NCBI GenBank assembly: GCA_965247925.1
Contig: CBDFIB010000004.1
Coordinates: 1,701,697-1,765,696, forward strand
From: Dehalococcoidia bacterium
Lineage (GTDB): Bacteria; Chloroflexota; Dehalococcoidia; UBA2979
Direction: 5' to 3'
Length of the DNA: 64,000 nucleotides
Shown: positions 18,699 through 27,002 of the stretch, piece after piece
How positions within the stretch are numbered: position 1 is the stretch's first letter
Layout: each line of letters begins with the position of its first letter
Program-made: the position numbers and the translations under genes
Notes under the pieces: model-generated
What the model was told of the DNA's origin: nothing
What the model saw: the letters and a program-made list of their open reading frames with translations, nothing else
Databases searched by the model: none

Positions 18699-20071
18699 TG
18701 CGCGCGGTCGTCGTCGGTGGCGGCGTCGGTGGACTCGCCGCCGCCTGGGAGCTGGCGAAGGCAGGGCACGAGGTCACCCTCGTCGAGGCCGGACCGGTGC
18801 TCGGCGGCCAGGTCCGCACCTTCGAGATCGGCGGCGGTCGGATCGAGTCCTTCTACCACCACCTCTTCCGCTCCGACACGGTGATCGCGGAGATCATCGA
18901 GGAGATCGGGCTCGGCGAGGACCTCGAGTGGGTGGACTCGCGCGTCGGGATGTTCGGCGACGAGCGCGTCTACCCGTTCACGAGCGCGGGCGACCTGCTG
19001 CGCTTCGACCGCGTCTCGCTGCTCACGCGGCTGCGCCTCGGCCTGACCGCGCTCTGGCTGCGCCGCGTCGCCGACTGGCGGCGCTACGAGGGCATGAAGG
19101 CGAAGGACTGGATCACCTCGAAGGTCGGCGCGGAGGGCTACGAGCGCGTCTGGGGCCCGCTGCTGCGCGCCAAGTTCGGCCGGCACGCGCCCGAGGTCGC
19201 GATGGTCTGGTTCTGGGGCAAGATCTACCTGCGTTTCGCCTCGCGGAAGGGCGGGCCGCTGGCGAAGGAGCAGCTCGGCTACCTGCGCGGCTCCTTCGGC
19301 CGCATGGTCGACGCGCTCGCCGAGGCGATCCGCGCGCGCGGCGGCTCGGTGCAGGCGGGGCGGCCGGTGCAGCGCATCGTCAGCGAGGACGGCCGCGTGC
19401 GCGGCGTCGAACTCGCTCCCGCCGAGGACGGCGGCGAGCCGGAGTTCCTCGAGGCCGACACGGTGATTGCGACCGTGCACTCGGGCGTGCTGCCGCGCAT
19501 CGCGCCCGATCTGCCGGAGGACTACCAGGCGCTGCTCGGGCAGGTGGAGTACCAGTGGGCGACGGTGCTGCTGCTGGCGCTCGACCGCCCGCTCTCCGAG
19601 ATCTACTGGCTGACGATCACCGACGACGACTGCCCCTTCGTGGTGGCGGTCGAGCAGACGAACTTTCGCGACCCCTCGGAGTACGGCGGGCAGCACATCG
19701 TCTACTTCTCGAACTACGCCGATCCCGGCGACCCGGTGGTCGAGGAGGACGTGGAGCAGGTGCTGGAGCGCTATGAGCCGTACATCCGGCGCATCAATCC
19801 GGCGTTCGAGCGCAGCTGGATCCGCGACAAGTGGCTGTTCAAGGACCGCGCCGGCCAGCCGATCGTGCACTGGCGCTACCACGAGACGATTCCGCCGCAC
19901 CGCACCGGCATCGAGGGCTTCTACCTGGCCAACAACACCCAGATCTACCCCGAGGACCGCGGCCAGAACTACACGATGCGCATGGGCATTGAGGTCGCGC
20001 GGCTGGCGATGGCGGACGCCGATCGCACCACGGCAGCCGGAGCAGGGGACCGGCAGGCGGGCGGGGCGTGA
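18698..20071 (+). CDS. FAD-dependent oxidoreductase (protoporphyrinogen-oxidase-like fold, of the type found in glycosylation clusters)
   Basis: It has an N-terminal Rossmann motif VVGGGVGGLAAA..L...G..V.LVE, ESFYHHLFRSD and the C-terminal QIYPEDRGQNY. Confidence 0.85.
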   Translation: MRAVVVGGGVGGLAAAWELAKAGHEVTLVEAGPVLGGQVRTFEIGGGRIESFYHHLFRSDTVIAEIIEEIGLGEDLEWVDSRVGMFGDERVYPFTSAGDLLRFDRVSLLTRLRLGLTALWLRRVADWRRYEGMKAKDWITSKVGAEGYERVWGPLLRAKFGRHAPEVAMVWFWGKIYLRFASRKGGPLAKEQLGYLRGSFGRMVDALAEAIRARGGSVQAGRPVQRIVSEDGRVRGVELAPAEDGGEPEFLEADTVIATVHSGVLPRIAPDLPEDYQALLGQVEYQWATVLLLALDRPLSEIYWLTITDDDCPFVVAVEQTNFRDPSEYGGQHIVYFSNYADPGDPVVEEDVEQVLERYEPYIRRINPAFERSWIRDKWLFKDRAGQPIVHWRYHETIPPHRTGIEGFYLANNTQIYPEDRGQNYTMRMGIEVARLAMADADRTTAAGAGDRQAGGA

Positions 20072-20484
20072 GCCGGAAGAAGCCGCCGGACGAACCCGGC
20101 CAGGATGTCGAGTCCGCAGCGATTGCCTGCATGATGATCAGCGACGTGCTCCTGGACATCGCCGATCGGGCGTTCGAGCGTAAGCGGGACGGCGCGGAGG
20201 CCGCGGAGTTCGCCGCGTGGCTGGCTGAATGCTACGAGGAAATGGCCACGGGCGCGTCGGGCAGCGAACTCGAAGGCGTGGCCATGCAGGAGCTGCTCGG
20301 CGGCGAACCCGCCGCCGAGGCGATCGCATGGGTCGCCGAGCAACTCGATCACGAAGCCGCCTACTTGCGTGGGCGTGCGCTGACGCCCGGCGCCGAGGCG
20401 GAGCGTCTGGCCGCACGCGGCGCTGAGAAGCTGGTCGAGTTGCTGCGCAAGACCGTCGCCAAGCTCGAGGGGGAGGGCGCGTGA
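20068..20484 (+). CDS. Hypothetical acidic helical protein
   Basis: The start overlaps the upstream stop (GTGA), and codon usage is coding-like. Confidence 0.55.
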   Translation: MSRKKPPDEPGQDVESAAIACMMISDVLLDIADRAFERKRDGAEAAEFAAWLAECYEEMATGASGSELEGVAMQELLGGEPAAEAIAWVAEQLDHEAAYLRGRALTPGAEAERLAARGAEKLVELLRKTVAKLEGEGA

Positions 20485-20631
20485 CGCCGGTCCAGCGAGC
20501 ACGCGGCTGCAGCTCGCCGCGAGGCGGCGGCGTAGCCGCGGCGGCCGCCCTCGCGTTGACAGCCGCGCCGCTCCGTCCGTAGCCTCTTCTGGATCGCAGA
20601 GTCCGGCGTACGCGCCGGGAGCGTGCGATGT

Positions 20632-20716
20632 GCCGCCGGGGGAGCCGCAAGGCTGAGATCCGTCGAGGACAACCCCAGGAACCTGATCTCGGTAATGCGA
20701 GCGTAGGGAACGCGGT
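20632..20716 (+). promoter_or_regulatory. TPP (THI-box) riboswitch
   Basis: The consensus elements GGGGAGCC-GCAA-GGCTGAGA, CCC..GAACCTGATC, GGTAATGC and GCGTAGGGA lie directly upstream of a thiamine-related operon. Confidence 0.9.
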
Positions 20717-20835
20717 GATGACGAACCTGACCGGCCTCGTCGGGGCCGCCCGGTAACGTATCCCCGGCTGATCCTCCCACTCGCGATCCGTGTCGCTCGG
20801 CGCATCCTCGCACGCTATGGAGGAGGAGGCGCCGC

Positions 20836-21147
20836 GTGATCGTGGAAATCGAGTGTCTGCCAACGCCGCCCGGCACAGCCGACATCCAGTTCGAGCATGT
20901 CGAGGCGGCGATCGCCGTCATCCAGAACTCCGGCCTCAAGTACGAGGTCGGCGCGCTCGGCTCAACCGTCGAGGGGGATCCCGACGAGCTGTGGCCGCTC
21001 ATGCGCCGGGTCCACGAGGCCTGTCTTGAGTCCGGGGCCGGCAGCCTGGTCTCGGTGATCAAGGTCGGCCAGCGGGCCGCCGACGACGGCACGCCGTGGA
21101 TGGAGGGGCTGACGGCTCCGTTCCGGAACGGCGAGCCTGGCTCGTGA
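20836..21147 (+). CDS. Thiamine-binding protein (MTH1187/YkoF-like family)
   Basis: It has a strong GGAGGAGG RBS and the motif VEAAIAVIQNSGLKYEVGALGSTVEGD, and is the first gene after the TPP riboswitch. Confidence 0.85.
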   Translation: MIVEIECLPTPPGTADIQFEHVEAAIAVIQNSGLKYEVGALGSTVEGDPDELWPLMRRVHEACLESGAGSLVSVIKVGQRAADDGTPWMEGLTAPFRNGEPGS

Positions 21148-21926
21148 CGACGGCCCTGAGGGCGGCGTGGCACTACCTGCCGGCGGCGTTGTTCCTCGCG
21201 GCGCTGATCGTCGTCTGGGATGTCTGGGTGCGGGTCGCCGGGACGCCGTCCTACCTGATGCCGCCGCCGGGCTCGCTGCTGGACGCGTTCCTCGACCAGC
21301 GCGCGGTGCTGCCGGGGCACATCCGCACGACGCTCAGCGAGGCGCTGCTGGGGCTCGCGTTCGCGGCGCTGCTCGGCGTGGGGGCGGCGGCGCTGATCGC
21401 CAGCCTGCCGCTGGCGCGGCGCGTGCTCTACCCGCTGCTGGTGGTCAGCCAGAACGTCCCGGTGCTGGTGCTCGCGCCGCTGCTCGCCGTCTGGTTCGGC
21501 TTCGGCCTCACCCCGAAGGTCCTGATCGTCGTGCTGATCGGCTTCTTCCCGATCGCCGTGAACACGGCCGACGGGCTGATGAACGCGGACCGCGAGATGG
21601 TGGCGCTGGTGCGCAGCATGGGGGCCGACCGCCTCAAGGTGCTGCGTCTCGTGCTCATCCCCTCGGCGGTGCCCTCGTTCTTCGCGGGCCTGCAGATCGG
21701 GGCCGCCTACGCGGTGATCGCCGCGGTGATCGCCGAGTGGATGGGCGCCAGCGCCGGCCTCGGGCTCTTCATCGTGCGCTCGCAGCGGGCGTTCCGCACG
21801 GACCAGATCTTCATGGCCGTGGTGCTGATCGCGCTGATCAGCATCACGCTCTTCGTCTGCGTGCACTTGCTCGCGAGGTATGCAATGCCGTGGCGCCACG
21901 CCGGCGCCCCGACGGAAGGAAACTGA
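21144..21926 (+). CDS. ABC transporter permease (NitT/TauT, ThiX-like)
   Basis: The start overlaps the previous stop (GTGA). Motifs are SQNVPVLVLAPLL..WFGFG..PK, FFPIAVNT and IAEWMGASAGLG. Confidence 0.88.
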   Translation: MTTALRAAWHYLPAALFLAALIVVWDVWVRVAGTPSYLMPPPGSLLDAFLDQRAVLPGHIRTTLSEALLGLAFAALLGVGAAALIASLPLARRVLYPLLVVSQNVPVLVLAPLLAVWFGFGLTPKVLIVVLIGFFPIAVNTADGLMNADREMVALVRSMGADRLKVLRLVLIPSAVPSFFAGLQIGAAYAVIAAVIAEWMGASAGLGLFIVRSQRAFRTDQIFMAVVLIALISITLFVCVHLLARYAMPWRHAGAPTEGN

Positions 21927-21927
21927 G

Positions 21928-22908
21928 ATGAGAAGACTGCTGATCGTCGCTGCCGCGCTCGCCGCGCTGCTGCTCGCCGCCTGCGGGGGCGACGAGGAGC
22001 TGCGCCCGGTGACGCTGATGCTGAACTGGACGCCGAACAACCACCATGCCGGCATCTACGCCGCCCTGCAGAACGGCTGGTACGAGGAGGAGGGCATCGA
22101 CCTCACGATCATCGAACCGGCGCTGGCCGGGGCGGACGCCGTCGTCGCGTCCGGGTCGGCCGACTTCGGCATCTCGCAGGCGGAGAGCCTGCTTCCCGCC
22201 CGCCTCGGCGGCGCGGACGTCGTCGCGATCGCGACCCTGCTGCACTACAACGACTCGAGCCTGATGGCGCTCGCCGACGAGGGCATCACGCGCCCGAAGG
22301 ACCTCGAGGGCAAGACCTACGGCGGCTACGGCGGCTCGCTCGAGAAGGAGCTGATCGACACGCTCGTCGCCTGCGACGGCGGCGATCCGTCGCTCGTCGA
22401 GTTCGTCGAGGTCGGGAACATCGACTACCTCGGCGGGATGGACCAGGACCGCTTCGACTTCGTCTGGGTGTTCGAGGGCTGGGACGCGCTGCGCGCCAGC
22501 GAGCTCCAGGGCCGCGCGCTGGGCAACCTGCTGTTCATCGACCACACGAACTGCATCCCGGACTGGTACACGCCGATCCTGATCGCGAGCCGGGAGCTGA
22601 TCGAGGACGACCCGGACCTCGTGCGTGACTTCCTGAAGGCGACGACGCGCGGCTACGAGCACGCGATCGCGAACCCGCAGGAGGCCGCCGAGCTGCTGCT
22701 CGAGGCAGCTCCGGAGCTCGACGAGGCGCTGGTACGGGCGAGCGCGGACTACCACGCGACGCGCTACCGCGCGCAGGGCCGCGCCTGGGGCCACCAGGAG
22801 CAGGCCGTGTGGGAGCGCTTCGAGGCGTTCCTGCGCGAATCCGGCCTGATCGACGCGCCGGTCGACGTGAGCGAGGCGTTCACGAACGAGTTCCTGCCCG
22901 AGCCGTAG
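21928..22908 (+). CDS. ABC transporter substrate-binding lipoprotein (NMT1/THI5, ThiY-like)
   Basis: It has the lipobox LLAAC and the motifs LNWTPNNHHAGIY, PKDLEGKTYG and PDWYTPILI. Confidence 0.88.
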   Translation: MRRLLIVAAALAALLLAACGGDEELRPVTLMLNWTPNNHHAGIYAALQNGWYEEEGIDLTIIEPALAGADAVVASGSADFGISQAESLLPARLGGADVVAIATLLHYNDSSLMALADEGITRPKDLEGKTYGGYGGSLEKELIDTLVACDGGDPSLVEFVEVGNIDYLGGMDQDRFDFVWVFEGWDALRASELQGRALGNLLFIDHTNCIPDWYTPILIASRELIEDDPDLVRDFLKATTRGYEHAIANPQEAAELLLEAAPELDEALVRASADYHATRYRAQGRAWGHQEQAVWERFEAFLRESGLIDAPVDVSEAFTNEFLPEP

Positions 22909-22933
22909 CGGCGGGCATGGCGGAGCATCGCCG

Positions 22934-23719
22934 GTGACGAACGCCGCCGAGCCCGAGCTGCGGGTGCGCTCGCTGGGGCACAGCTACCCCGGCGACCCGC
23001 CCGTGGCCGCGATCGAGGGCGTCGACCTGGAGGCGGCGCGCGGCGCGTTCGTCGGCCTGCTCGGCCCGAGCGGCTGCGGGAAGAGCACGATCCTGCAGGT
23101 GCTGGCCGGGCTGCTCGTGCCCTCGCGGGGCGAGGCCAGTGTCGGCGGAACCAGCACGATCGGCGAGCCGGGGCTGACCGCCTACATGCCGCAGCGCGAC
23201 CTGCTGCTGCCCTGGCGGCGCGTCGAGGGCAACGCGACGCTCGGCGCGGAGGTCGCCGGCGTCGCGCGCGACGAGGCGCGGACGCGGGCGCGCGAGCTCT
23301 ACGGGCGGTTCGGGCTGGAGGGCTTCGAGCGCTCGTGGCCGGCCCAGCTCTCGGGCGGGATGCGCCAGCGGCTCGCGCTGCTGCGCACCTTCCTGATGCC
23401 GCGCGACACGCTGCTGCTCGACGAGCCGTTCGGCGCGCTCGACGCGTATACGCGGCGCGGGATGCAGGGCTGGCTGCAGGACGTCTGGGGCCGAGACGGC
23501 CGCACGGTGCTGCTGGTGACGCACGACGTCGACGAGGCGCTGCTGCTCTCCGACGTCGTCTACGTGATGTCGCCGCGCCCCGGGCGGATCGTCGAGCGTA
23601 TCGAGGTGCCGCTGGCGCGCCCGCGCCGCAGCGCCGACGTCACGGCCGAGGTCTTCGTCGCGCTCAAGGCGCGCGTGCTCGCCGCGCTCGAGGCGCCGGC
23701 GGGGCCGGACGCGGCGTGA
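22934..23719 (+). CDS. ABC transporter ATP-binding protein (ThiZ-like)
   Basis: Motifs GPSGCGKST, LSGGMRQR, LLLDEPFGALD and VTHDVDEA are present. Confidence 0.92.
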   Translation: MTNAAEPELRVRSLGHSYPGDPPVAAIEGVDLEAARGAFVGLLGPSGCGKSTILQVLAGLLVPSRGEASVGGTSTIGEPGLTAYMPQRDLLLPWRRVEGNATLGAEVAGVARDEARTRARELYGRFGLEGFERSWPAQLSGGMRQRLALLRTFLMPRDTLLLDEPFGALDAYTRRGMQGWLQDVWGRDGRTVLLVTHDVDEALLLSDVVYVMSPRPGRIVERIEVPLARPRRSADVTAEVFVALKARVLAALEAPAGPDAA

Positions 23720-23884
23720 GGGGCGCCGACTCTCCGCCTCGATTTGCACCGCTGCTGCCCGCCGCTACGCCGCGCTCCAGCGACCACTCCCGCCGCAATG
23801 CATCATAAATGGGTGCTACTGAGGATATCCCTCTGTGCATCAGAACCTGTTGCCGAGGATCTGTGCGTTGGGGACTCGATCTTG

Positions 23885-24049
23885 CGGCGTGATCTGGGGC
23901 AGCGCTGGCCGCTCAGGAGCTGCGAGAGATAGCCGGGTGCGATGTCGGCGCGGCGTGCGATCTCCCAGGCTCATATTGAGGCGGTTGATGAGTTCCTAAA
24001 CCGCACCCGCGTTGAGCAGCACGCGCGACGCGCGTTGCTTGCGGGTCAT
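23885..24049 (-). pseudogene. Degraded XRE-family helix-turn-helix regulator
   Basis: The reading is MTRKQRASRVLLNAGAV*ELINRLNMS, then a frameshift, then WEIARRADIAPGYLSQLLSGQRCP (HTH core). The TAG is at 23996-23998 and the indel is near 23967. Confidence 0.65.
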
Positions 24050-24093
24050 GAAGCATCGCCACCAGCCGAGGGCGTCTTGCGCACGAGCGCGGC

Positions 24094-25011
24094 TCACTCG
24101 GCTGCGGCGATCACCACCGGCACGACGCTGCGCGGTGGCGGGAAGCCCTCGCCCTCCGACACGTCCTCCTCGTACACCTCGAGGTGCGCGAGCTGGCGCT
24201 CGGCGGCTTCGTACGCGACCGCGAAGGTGAAGGGCGCCGGGCCGTCCACCCCACCGCCCATCGCGAAGCCGCTCGCCAGCACCTCGCCCGCGCGGCCGAG
24301 CAGCCGCCACTGCACGTTCGACTCGAACGTGCGCGAGCAGCCGCGGACCGTGAACCCGTTCGCGACCTCCTCGCCGCCGGCAGGCGAGAGCACGACGACG
24401 AGCGCCGCGTCGGGCAGGCTGTCGTCACACGCGAACGCGTCAGCACTGCTGATGCCCCCGATCTCCTCGAACATATCGCCCGCGAGGCGGAACTGGCGAA
24501 GCACGAGGATTGAGGGGGCCTCGGAGTACGGCGCGTCCGGCGGCCGGTCGACGGTAGCCACCGTGATGACGCCCTCGTGGATGGAGAGGCCCGCGACGCG
24601 GATGCGGTCACCGAGGAAGACGGCGTCGGCGTCGCGGAGCTCACCTTCCTCGTTGAGCAGCGCGTGCAGGTAGCGGAAGTTCCCGCTGCCGCCCGGGTTC
24701 TCGATCGTGATCGCGGCGGCGTCCGGGATGCCGTTGCCGTCGAGGTCGCCGACGGCCGACTGGGAGAGGCGGATCACGAGATCGCTGGCCGAGCCGGGCG
24801 CGACCGGCGCCCGGAACTCGCCGTCCTCGAGCGTGGCCGTGCCCGCGTCGGTGTTCTCGGTCAGGATGGTGGCCCCCTCGAGGGACACTCCGTCCGGCGG
24901 TGCCAGATCGTTGTCGGCTATCCCGTCGCAGGACGCCAGCAGCGTAGCTGCGAAGAGCAGTGCGCCCACGGCCGTCACGCGTCGAGCAGCACGCCGGGTC
25001 CAGACTCGCAT
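24094..25011 (-). CDS. Lipoprotein with C-terminal Gmad2-type immunoglobulin-like domain
   Basis: It has the lipobox LLASC, a central GDLDGNG..DAA....PGGSG.F.YL...LGDRI segment, and a C-terminal SP..GE.V..GFTVRG.SRTFESNVQWRL...G.VLA.GFA typical of Gmad2. Confidence 0.7.
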   Translation of the reverse strand: MRVWTRRAARRVTAVGALLFAATLLASCDGIADNDLAPPDGVSLEGATILTENTDAGTATLEDGEFRAPVAPGSASDLVIRLSQSAVGDLDGNGIPDAAAITIENPGGSGNFRYLHALLNEEGELRDADAVFLGDRIRVAGLSIHEGVITVATVDRPPDAPYSEAPSILVLRQFRLAGDMFEEIGGISSADAFACDDSLPDAALVVVLSPAGGEEVANGFTVRGCSRTFESNVQWRLLGRAGEVLASGFAMGGGVDGPAPFTFAVAYEAAERQLAHLEVYEEDVSEGEGFPPPRSVVPVVIAAAE

Positions 25012-25049
25012 CGACGTATCGGCTCCCTCGCGGTCGGGTGGGCTGCAGA

Positions 25050-25256
25050 TCAGCTACAGAGCAGGCCGAAGGCGTACCCACGCCCGGTCAGCCCGTCGAG
25101 CACGGTATCGAGGGCGGCCACGGTCTGCGAGTGTTCGCCGCCACCGTCGTGCATCAGGACGATCGCACCGGGGCGCACGTTGGAGAGCACGTGCGAGGCG
25201 ATCTGGTCCTCGCCCGGCCGCCGCCAGTCCTGCGTGTCCACGCTCCACAGCACAAT
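25050..25256 (-). pseudogene. C-terminal fragment of a NodB-type polysaccharide deacetylase
   Basis: [12 protein letters not shown]...I...VL....[12 protein letters not shown]...QTV.AL corresponds to motifs 4-5. No N-terminal TFDDGP or HxxxH motif was seen in frame. Confidence 0.75.
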
Positions 25257-25680
25257 TGGCGAAGGCGCTGCTCACGCCACGCCCGAAGCCCAAGCGCGAG
25301 TAAAACGCGCCGTCATCCCAAGTATATAGCCCGCATTTATTGGACAGCTATCGCTGCACTGGATCATGTCCGTCCACGGCGCGGCGTTCGCTCACATCGT
25401 GGTTGCTGCGGAGATGGCGCACCACATCACGGCGGTTGCGAGGTCGTCGCCGCGTTCGGCGGAACCACGGCATCACACTCGGCCACATCTCGCTGAGCCC
25501 GAGCGGTCACACGACCATCGAACGGAACTCGGCCCGCTCGCGCATGACGGGGGCAGTAGCTGTGCAGGTCCTTTCTCGACCCCCGCATCGACTCGCCTGC
25601 GGCCACGGTCATTTCGGTAACAGCAGTCTGATGCACGCGCCGGGATTTCGGTAACAGGGGTTGCGATGCGATCCGCCCGA

Positions 25681-25722
25681 TTGATACACATGATGAGTCA
25701 ACTGATACTCATGCCATGAGTA
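25681..25722 (+). promoter_or_regulatory. vapBC promoter and palindromic operator (likely leaderless transcript)
   Basis: TTGATA (25681-86), 17 nt and GATACT (25704-09) lie 6 nt before ATG 25716. The perfect palindrome TACTCATG-C-CATGAGTA spans 25706-25722, with an extra ATGAGT half-site at 25693. Confidence 0.6.
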
Positions 25723-25964
25723 AGCGGCTCCAGGTCATCATGCCCGACGACGAGTACCGCGCGGTCGCCGATATCGCGAGGCGCCAGGGGAAGCCCCTGT
25801 CGCGGATCGTGCGCGACAGCCTGCGCCGCACGGTGGCCGAGGAGCAGCAGGTGGCGCCGGAGCAGCGCATCGCCGCGGTCTTGCGCTTCGCGCGCTTTGC
25901 AGGCCCGACCGGGGACATCGATCAGTTGCTCGGTGAGATCGAGCGCGGCCGTGCGCTCGCATGA
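25716..25964 (+). CDS. vapB: Ribbon-helix-helix (CopG-type) antitoxin
   Basis: MSKRLQVIMPDDEY.....IARRQG..LSRIVRD.LR is an RHH pattern, and the tail is PTGDIDQLL.EIERG. The gene is coupled to a PIN gene. Confidence 0.8.
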   Translation: MSKRLQVIMPDDEYRAVADIARRQGKPLSRIVRDSLRRTVAEEQQVAPEQRIAAVLRFARFAGPTGDIDQLLGEIERGRALA

Positions 25965-26356
25965 TCTAAGTCGATTCGAACGTGCCGACGTACCTCGTCG
26001 GCGCCGAACACCCGCACAAGCGGCGCGTCGTGGCCCTCGTCCCGCAGCTCCTTTCGGCGCGCGACCAACTCGTCACGAGCGCCGAGACGTTCCAGGAACT
26101 GCTGCATCGCTACGGGGCGCTCGCCGACCCTGAACACCTCAGCGCCGCGTACGACGCGCTCGAGGCGCTGATCTCGATGGTTGCCGATGTAACCAGGGAC
26201 GACGTCGATCAGGCGCGCGCCCACTCAGGGCGGTACCCCCCGCTCTCCTCCCGCGACTGTCTGCACCTCGCGGTGATGCAGCGTATCGGTTGCAACAGCA
26301 TATGGAGCTACGACAAGGGGTTCGATGCCGTGGGCGCGATCCAGCGCATCGCTTGA
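25961..26356 (+). pseudogene. vapC: PIN-domain toxin VapC with nonsense codon at position 3
   Basis: The ATG overlaps the antitoxin stop and reads ATG ATC TAA GTC GAT TCG AAC GTG CCG (MI*VDSNVP). PIN motifs TSAETFQE, SSRDCLHLAVM and SYDKGFD follow. Confidence 0.85.
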
Positions 26357-26470
26357 GCGGCGGCCGGGCGGGGCGCGTTCCTTGTTCGGACCATGGCGCG
26401 CTCATATAGTCGGGGCGGACGAACGGGACGGGCGCGGGCTACGTCGCCGCGCGGGCGTGAGGGAGCGAGC

Positions 26471-26998
26471 GTGCCGCTCGAAACCGAGGCGAAGGCCGCA
26501 ATCCGCGCGCTGCTCGATGGACTCGTGCCGGGCGACGGCGACCTGCTCGAGGCGCTGCACCGCGTGCACCACCGCTACGGCTACATCTCGCGCGAGGCGA
26601 TGGAGGTGATCGCACAGCAGTTGCGGCTCACTGCGGCCCACGTCTACGGCGCGACCACCTACTACTCGGACTTCCGCACCACGCCGCCGCCGCCGGTCTC
26701 GCTCGCCTGGTGCTCGGGCCCGGCCTGCCGGCTGCGCAACGGCAGCGGCATCCGCGGCGCGATCGAGGCCGTGCTCGGCTGCGAGCTGGGCGAGGACAGC
26801 CCCGACGGGCGCGTCGCCTTCACGCTCGGCCAGTGCGTCGGCACTTGCGAGCAGGCGCCGCAGATCTGGCTGCAGGGTCGCGTGGTCGGCAAGCTCAACG
26901 CCGCGCGCGCGGTCGAACTGGCGCGCTCGCTGGCCGCGGGCGATGACCCGGAGACGCTGGGGCTGCCCGACGGCGAGTCCGCAGCGGGACAGGGCTAG
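26471..26998 (+). CDS. NuoE/HydC-like [2Fe-2S] subunit
   Basis: It has LLEALH.V...YGYIS, VYG..TYY..F, and the ligands CSGPAC and CVGTCEQAP. Confidence 0.87.
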   Translation: MPLETEAKAAIRALLDGLVPGDGDLLEALHRVHHRYGYISREAMEVIAQQLRLTAAHVYGATTYYSDFRTTPPPPVSLAWCSGPACRLRNGSGIRGAIEAVLGCELGEDSPDGRVAFTLGQCVGTCEQAPQIWLQGRVVGKLNAARAVELARSLAAGDDPETLGLPDGESAAGQG

Positions 26999-27002
26999 CG
27001 CG

